DNA of 28,071 nt from Octopus sinensis (Eukaryota): positions 1 through 28,071 of the forward strand of contig NW_021827595.1 in the NCBI RefSeq assembly GCF_006345805.1, written 5' to 3'. Below the pieces are notes generated by a model. It made no database searches and was not told where the DNA came from. It worked only from the letters and a program-made list of their open reading frames with translations. The translations under genes and the position numbers were made by a program. Below, in pieces: positions 20,398-28,071 of this stretch (positions are counted from its first letter, which is position 1; every line of letters starts with the position of its first letter).

Positions 20398-20662
20398 ATC
20401 TATCATCTTGTATAATATATATATATATATATATATAATATATATATATATATAATATATATATATATATACAACAATATCTGTTGACGTTTATTTATAA
20501 TATTTTTTCTCGCTGGATTGCGTTTCGTTTCTCTTTTTGCCATCTGCGATTTTATTTTTGATCTTCCATATATATATGAAGATATTTCCTCTGTCTCGCT
20601 GCATTTCTCCCTACAAAACGGAAAGTTACGTTGTGGAACAGTCATTTTAAAGAGTTGTTTTT

Positions 20663-20787
20663 ATTTATTTACTAACCGACGAGATACATCTGCACCACCG
20701 GATGCTCCTGAACCAGTTGTTGAGTGTCCCACCCAAGAAGAATCGATGGTAGATGTGTCGAAACAGTTGCCGTGATTAATAATAAAT
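20663..20787 (+). ncRNA. Decayed type I hammerhead ribozyme motif
   Basis: AUUUAUUUACUAA CCGACGA GAUACAUC...GAUGUGUC GAAA CAG UUG CCG U GA UUAAUAAUAAAU. An 8-bp stem II is flanked exactly by xxGACGA and GAAA, and stem I pairs. Lesions are U4C, an A.C mismatch in stem III and an extra nucleotide at the cleavage site. Confidence 0.6.
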
Positions 20788-20830
20788 TCTCGTATATTCC
20801 ACCTTCCGTCTTTCATTTGTTATATATATG

Positions 20831-20863
<33 letters not shown>

Positions 20864-20892
20864 ATTCCATCGTCCGTCTTTCATTTGTTATA

Positions 20893-20975
<83 letters not shown>

Positions 20976-21374
20976 GTATTATATACACACATACATATGT
21001 ATATATATCTTACGTATATATTTACATAAATATATGCATATATACGTGTATATATGCATATATTTATGTAAATATATACGTAAGAATATATATATATAAT
21101 ATATATATATAATATATTATGTATATATATATATGTATATATATATATACATATAACGTATGTGCATGTACACATGTGTTATACATACACACACACACAT
21201 ATGTATCTCTCTCTCTCTATATATATATGTGTGTGGTGTATGTGTATATATATATACATATACGTAAACGTATATACATATATATGCCTGTGTGCGCATA
21301 TATACTTATTCGTGTATGTGTATATGCGTGTGCATGTGTGCGTGTGTATGTGAGTAGCGAACATGTGTACACCT

Positions 21375-21906
21375 GGTCGTATGCTAAACACATTTGTTAG
21401 CATGTAAGAGAATGTGAATATTGTGACCATGTGCCCATGTAAACACGTGACTCGAAACATTTCTCGTGTCCACTGTTGAAGAATTGATTGAATTTGAATG
21501 GTCGGAGACCGGGGACGAACTCACGATTTACAGTTTTGTTCTTTCCTTCCTATCACCTGTCTTGGAAGTAGATGCTGCTTCTTCTTTCACCAAAGCATTA
21601 CCAAAAATGCCAAGAATATTTTGCAATCCACTTTACACCATGGATTTCTTTTGTTTCTCCAATTTTCTTTGTGTATTCTACAAATTATATACTTGTTTTC
21701 TTTTTTATTTGAATTTTGTTTTCGTTGGTTTTTTTGTATTGTTGTTTGCGTTCTTGAGTTTTGGTTCGGCTTTCAAGTTCTTCGAAGTTCCTTTAACACC
21801 GTTCAAATTTGATCAATTCTTCGACAATGGACACAAGAAATGTTCCGAGTCACGTGTTCATATTCACATTCTTTTACAGGCCAACAAATGTCTTGAACAT
21901 ACGACC
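21375..21906. mobile_element. Non-autonomous element with long (~110-bp) terminal inverted repeats
   Basis: 21375-21502 is an imperfect reverse complement of 21798-21906 (GGTCGTATG...CACGTGACTCG.AACATTTCT.GTGTCCA.TG..GAAGAATTGAT..AATTTGAA.GGT; the left arm has an ~19-nt insertion). No TSD recognised. Confidence 0.75.
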
Positions 21907-22052
21907 GCACACACACACACACATACACAGACATGTACGCATATACACAGTAGTGTATATGCAGACAAACAGGTGTTTATATATGTGTGTGTGTATTTGT
22001 GTGTGTGTGTGATTATATATATATACATATAATATATATATATATATACATA

Positions 22053-22095
<43 letters not shown>

Positions 22096-22117
22096 ATATT
22101 GTATGTATATTATATAT

Positions 22118-22148
<31 letters not shown>

Positions 22149-22150
<2 letters not shown>

Positions 22151-22346
22151 CGTCCGGGTTGCGGATCCGTGGAATAAGCTGCCGGACGAGATAGTGAAGA
22201 TGCCGACGACCGCTCGGTTCAAAGTCTCTCTTGACCACAAATGGCCTGAACTCTTTGCATGAACACCCTCCCTATACATAACTCCCTGTCCCCCTACATG
22301 GCCTTGCTTTTGCTTTTTGAGCCAAAAAATTAACTTAACTTAACTT
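22149..22346 (+). mobile_element. CR1-type LINE 3' end (ORF2 terminus, 3' UTR, (AACTT)n tail)
   Basis: VRVADPWNKLPDEIVKMPTTARFKVSLDHKW matches the CR1 'RVxxxWNxLPxxVV.....FKxxLD' terminus; short tandem-repeat tail TTAACTTAACTTAACTT. Confidence 0.8.
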
Positions 22347-22445
22347 ATATATATATACATGTAGTAAATCAAAAAACAAAAACGAAAAACAAACACAACA
22401 CGAAAAAAATAACAATGCGAGAACGTGGTACATGCAAAGCATTAG

Positions 22446-22585
22446 CAGATGATCCTCATGGAAGGAAAGAAAAGTAGTTTTACGTTTCGAGCGAATGTCT
22501 TCGTCAGAAACAGGAAACGGAGGAAGATCCAAGAGAAAAGGAAGATAGACGGAAAAAAATACTCGCCAACGATCCCCACGTGGTT
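22446..22585 (-). mobile_element. Second Penelope pLTR-type fragment with a minimal HHR (22477-22511, canonical CUGACGA)
   Basis: Minus strand GUUU CUGACGA A GAC AUUC GCUC GAAA CG UA AAAC. Confidence 0.6.
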
Positions 22586-22613
22586 ACATTACACATATGC
22601 ATATGTATATATG

Positions 22614-22825
22614 TATATTCTTTTATTCTTTTACTTGTTTCAGTCATTTGACTGCAGCCATGCAGGAGCACCGCCTTTGGTCGAACAATTCGACCCCAGG
22701 ACTTATTCTCTGTAAGCCTTGTACTTATTCTATCATTCTCTTTTGCCGAAGCGCTAGATAACGGAGACGTAAAGACTCCAACATCGGTTGTCAAGCTGTG
22801 GTAGGAGGGCAAACACAGACACACA
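22614..22825 (-). mobile_element. SINE family C, 3' half
   Basis: TTTTATTCTTTTACTTGTTTCAGTCATTTGACTGCAGCCATGCAGGAGCACCGCC...CTTTTGCCGAA. Confidence 0.88.
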
Positions 22826-22864
22826 AATACACACAGACACACACACACACACATACACACACAA

Positions 22865-22933
<69 letters not shown>

Positions 22934-23616
22934 CGACGATTCTGGCTGCTCGCCACCTTTTAAAACTTAAAGGTATATTCCCCGCCACTCTAATTACGAT
23001 GATGATGATGATGATGATGATGACGACGACGACGACAATGATGTCGATGATGATGGTGATGACAATGATGATGGGAATGATGATGATGATTTCCTTTATT
23101 GGTTCTCTTAGGGCGCAAAACATTGCGAACATTATATTAATCATCGCACAGTAGGTGGAGGGGGCATCTACATCGATCAAGAAGAATTAAACGATAATGT
23201 AACTAAAATAAAAAATATAACAAAAACAACGTACATAAAAAAGACTTATATAAATGAGTAAATGAATAAATAAATTCCCTAACAGAGGGACAGTACCCCT
23301 ACGGTAAGTCGGAGGAAGAGCACACACAAAAATATGCACTGAATTTGTTTTTGGTAGTAATTGAAACTCTGATGGTAGCTTGTATGAAGTTTTGCTTTAC
23401 TTCAAAATTGCCCCATACACGGCGGACTCCTCAATCTGTCATCGATCCTCTTCAATCTATGCCAAGTATGTTTGGACTTTAGAGTTTAATATATTCTGCA
23501 TGTTTGATATATTCCGAAACCCTTCTATCAATCAGTGAGCTGAAAGCCTCTTTGCCTTGTTAAAGAAAATTGTAACATATATTACAAAGATCCTCCAGAT
23601 GGCACTTGTACAACGT

Positions 23617-23729
<113 letters not shown>

Positions 23730-24299
23730 GTATATGGGTGTATGTATATCTATCTATCTGTATATATATATATATATATATAATATATACGTCTGTGTCT
23801 ATGTATGTATGTATGTATCTATATCTATATCTATATCTATCTATCTGTCTATATATATGAATATATATATAATATGCAGACATATACCATTCACCTACAC
23901 ACATGCAGACATACAAAAATAGAAATGTGTATTCGTAAATACGAACACAGAAGCACGCATTCGGAAACATATGGTTACATTTATAGTGAGACAAACGTGT
24001 ACACACACACACACACACATACACACATATATGTGTGTATGTGTGTGTGTGTTCGTACGTACGAATGTATCTGATCATAGATGCACACATACAATCTTAC
24101 ACACATATACACACATATTTAGAAACAAGCATATATGCATTCATATGTGTGCGTACGTATATGTCCGTACTGCTTAATAAGACTGACTCCGTTTTACATA
24201 ACTTATACATCCAACCATATACACACATACGTACGTACGTGCGTATGCATGTATATATGTATGTACATACGGAACATGTGGCTGTCAGCAACAAAAAGT

Positions 24300-24361
24300 T
24301 TACACACACCGCCAGCACCAACAACACAACCATCAGCGCCACCATCAATACCACCATTGCC

Positions 24362-24393
<32 letters not shown>

Positions 24394-24612
24394 CACCACA
24401 AACAATGCCACTACCACTAACGCCACCGCTACCAACACCATCAACACTACCAACACCAACACCACTAACACCACCGCTACCACCACCAGCACCATCAAAA
24501 CAACCAGCATCACCACCAACACCACTAACAATACCACAACCACTAACGCCACTGCTACCACTATCACCACTAACACCACTAACGCCGCCACCACCACAAC
24601 CACCACCACCAA
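24300..24612. repeat. (ACC)/(AAC)/(ACT) trinucleotide microsatellite
   Basis: Directly visible; gives poly-T/N ORFs. Confidence 0.92.
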
Positions 24613-24870
24613 TGCTGGTAAGAAATATTTTACAACTCTTAGAAATTCTTTGATTCTTCAGAACGAATCTAATTAGTTAAGAGAAACAGTTCAGTTATTT
24701 AAATGGGCCAATTTTTGTTCAAAGGGGCCAGTTAAATATCCCTAAAATGACTGGCTAACCTATCAACAGATGGGATTAATATTTAAGTACCACTTCCGGT
24801 AGATGTTTTTCTTCTTCCTGTTTTTACACAAGTGAAAGCAGATTGTTGTTGTTGTTGTTGTGTTGTTGTT

Positions 24871-24925
<55 letters not shown>

Positions 24926-24929
24926 GTAA

Positions 24930-25365
24930 AGATGGTTTGAGCTCTGAAAGAACAGATTCCTTGAGCGTCGCAAGAAATGTCTTGCGATATTCCTTCCGAC
25001 TCCTAACGTTCTGAGTTCAAATTCCGCCTTTGCTTTCCATACATTTTGGGATTGGCAAAATAAAATACTACTCAAGTAGTGAGGTCAATGTAATCGACTT
25101 GCCCTCCGCTCTCAAAATTTTGGGGCTTGTGTCTGAATTAGAAAGAATTATTCCGTGGCGGTGGATTGGCAGAACATTTAGAGTATCGGATAGAATGCGT
25201 TGAGTTATTTGCTCATGTTCTTCACGTCCTGAGTTCAAATACCAACGTTGACTTGAGTTCAAATTTCTCCGAAGTGAAATTATCGTTGTTAGATTTTTAT
25301 TTCATTCTTGCGTTGTCGATAAAATAAAGAATCAGTAAAATATTTCCCCTCCTCCAAATTTAAGT
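24930..25365 (+). mobile_element. Two old, diverged SINE family B copies in tandem (about 24930-25150 and 25153-25365)
   Basis: ACGTTCTGAGTTCAAATTCCGCC...ATGTAATCGACTTGCCC and GGATTGGCAGAAC...CTGAGTTCAAAT...GTCGATAAAATAAA. Confidence 0.65.
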
Positions 25366-26478
25366 TTTTGTACACACATTTGAAGCAAATGTTATTTTTG
25401 CTATTGTGTGTGTTTGTGTGTGGGGGTGTATCATCAAATAATCGATAATTGTCAGTTAAACACATTTGAAATCTGATGATTACTACGAAGGTATGAAAGC
25501 GTTAATTTAACTTTATGAGCATTACAAAATAATTTTTAACGTTAAAATGCCATAATAAAAAAACTGGAAAAACAGACCATGGTTTAACTTTATTCAACTG
25601 ATGTATGTGTGTTTGTGCGTGTGTATGTGTGTGTGTGCGTGTATGTGCATCTACGTAGGATATATGTGTGTGTGAATGTGTGTGTGGATGTATATATGTA
25701 TGCATGTTTGTTTGTTTGTATGTATGTGTATGTATGTATGTGTGCATGTATTATGTATGTAACCAGTATCGTTAGTCCGACAAAATATATTTTGTTTTGC
25801 AGAAGGGCTTCGTCAGTTGCTCAATGAAATAGTAAGATTCTGTTGCTTATAACAAGCAGATAAATAAACAGAGGATACATGGGGAGCGAGAAAACACGGG
25901 ATGGAGTGGGGGATATGGGCGTGTATGATGTCGAAAATGACAGAGAGAGGAGGAAAAAATATTCATAAACGTTAGTGGTGACGGCGATGTATAAGTGATA
26001 GTTCCAGATACATTTTGAAACCAACAATAATTAATATGACTTTTCAATCTAAGTGTCTAAATAGAAAGAGATATGATCTGTCTAGTAACACAAGACTTGC
26101 GCGAATTGTAATAACAAAATTAATTATATGTATTAGATTAAGTAATTAATAAGAATATGATAAATATATAATGGAACAGATTGTATAAATATGGAATATT
26201 ATCATAATTATGTAATGTCAAATGAAAATTTGTCATAATAACAAAAAAATTACAATGTAATACATGTAGAAGTTTTATCGAAAAGTAATATCTACTTAAC
26301 GAAAACTTTTTTTTTCTCACTGATTTGAAGATTCCAAAATATAGATATATAAAAAAATTTCTTTTTATATAACATCCAAAATGTATATATATAGGTTTTT
26401 TTATTATATGTATATTATATATATATACTTTTCATTAATATAATATATATATGTATATATAATAATATATATATTGTA

Positions 26479-26547
<69 letters not shown>

Positions 26548-26559
26548 TTATATATATAT

Positions 26560-26646
26560 GACGGGCTTTTTTCAGTTTCTGTCTACCAAAACCACTTACA
26601 ACAACTTGGTCTGCCCGGAGCTAAAATAGAAGACACTTTGCCAAGC
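26560..26646 (-). mobile_element. SINE family C, internal fragment
   Basis: GACGGGCTTTTTTCAGTTTCTGTCTACCAAA...ATAGAAGACACTTTGCCAAG. Confidence 0.78.
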
Positions 26647-27239
26647 AGATACCACACCCACACCACACACACACACAACACACACACACACACACACACA
26701 CGAATAGTAAAAAAGTTAGATTTGCGGAATATTCATATTGATGTAAACATGTACATACAATTTTGCATAATGTAATAACACAACACGATGAACGTTACGA
26801 AACGGCTGTATACATATAAAAGTCATATGGATGAAATAAATCTATATTCACATCACACACCGCTTGACATTATGCTTGATATATACATAAATATATGTGT
26901 GTATGCATATATGTATTTACGTTTGTGTGTATTATACTGGAGTGTTAGCCGTCATATAAAGTGTAACATTGGAAGTATACCTATGGTAGCATCGGTAATA
27001 ACTTAAACGTTAATTTTCTAGAGAAAAATGCGATTCTTTGAATAACAAAGTTTTATAACTGCTCGTGTCCTGACTCTGTTTTTTACTCCCTCTTCTTCTT
27101 TCTCCAACCCTCCCCACCCACACCAAGCTTATGTAACGGGGGGTATGGTAAGGCGTGCCCTTCATATCATATACACAATCTCAAATTTGTATGTGTATAC
27201 AAATGTATACAAATGTGTATACAAATTGTATACAAATGA

Positions 27240-27780
27240 CAGAAATGATGCTGATGATGATGAAGATGATAATGATGATAATGATGGCGATGACGATGAT
27301 GATGATGATGATAATGAAGACAGCGACAACGACGACGATGGTGTAAATGGTTATGACGATGATGATGATGATGACGAGGAGAGGAGGAAGTGGATGACGA
27401 CGATGATGACGATGATAGCGATGATTATGATGATGATGATGATGATGATGATAATGATGATGATGATGATGATGAATATGATGATGGTGATGATGGTAAT
27501 GATGATGATGATGATGATGATGATGGTGATGATGGCGATGATGATGATGATGACGGTGACAACGACGATGACGATGATGATAATGATGACGATGACGATG
27601 ACAATGATGATGTTGTGACAATGTCTTCTTTCATTTGTTACAAGGGCCAAGACATTGAAGAGGCTGTATAAAATTATCGAATTCAATATGGATGAAGATA
27701 AAATCAGCAAAGATGATGATGATGACGACGACGACGACGACGACGATGATAATAATGATGATGACAATGATGATTGTTAT
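27240..27780. repeat. (GAT)/(GAC)n microsatellite blocks
   Basis: Directly visible; source of the poly-D/M/H/S ORFs. Confidence 0.95.
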
Positions 27781-27913
27781 ACAAACATTACAGGAATGAC
27801 CCGAGTTAAATGGATGAAAATTAACACAGATTTAATCCATGTTTAATCTTTATCACAAATTAGACAGTGTTAAATTGAAGAAATCAACACCTTGACAACG
27901 ATGATACGGGTCC

Positions 27914-27914
<1 letters not shown>

Positions 27915-27944
<30 letters not shown>

Positions 27945-28071
27945 CTTCTTCTTCTTCTTCTTTCTTCTTCTTTCCCTTCTTTTTCATCTTTTTCTGTCTC
28001 TTCTTCGTCGTCGTCTTCTTCTCCTCCTCCTCCTTCTTCCTTTTCTTTTTCTTCTTCCTCTTCTTCGTCGT
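27915..28071. repeat. (CTT)n pyrimidine-rich microsatellite
   Basis: Directly visible. Confidence 0.92.

Noticed and set aside
25770-25820. Minus-strand CUGACGA followed by the palindrome ACAAAAUAUAUUUUGU-C
   Set aside because: GAAA is absent (AAAA), stem II is only 2 bp and stem I does not pair.

Overview
Repeat-saturated eukaryotic genomic DNA, most likely from Octopus (inferred from recalled tRNA-derived SINE families and the extreme TA/CA/GAT/GGT microsatellite load). The only supportable host coding sequence is the last exon of an engrailed homeobox gene (+, 11034-11347), with the EH3 linker, homeodomain, EH5 and stop codon. It sits behind a canonical phase-1 acceptor. The upstream EH1/EH2 exon was not found, so 1-11033 is probably intron. 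Most of the remainder is microsatellites, at least 4 SINE families, LINE fragments (R4/Dong-like, CR1-like), a decayed mariner, hAT and pogo MITEs, a non-autonomous Helitron and a long-TIR element. The main unexplained structure is a non-coding ~430-bp tandem repeat at 8062-9385, with 1.4 units in one orientation and 1.7 units inverted. Each complete unit carries a type I hammerhead ribozyme (HHR) with a palindromic stem III, i.e. a putative retrozyme (circRNA-forming non-autonomous retroelement) inside the engrailed intron. About eight further HHR-like motifs, ranging from convincing to weak, occur elsewhere in the window, including a Penelope pLTR-like family with a recurrent non-canonical core (CUGUNGA). 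All structures were folded by eye; no searches or folding programs were run. Almost all ORFs in the supplied track are microsatellite artefacts.
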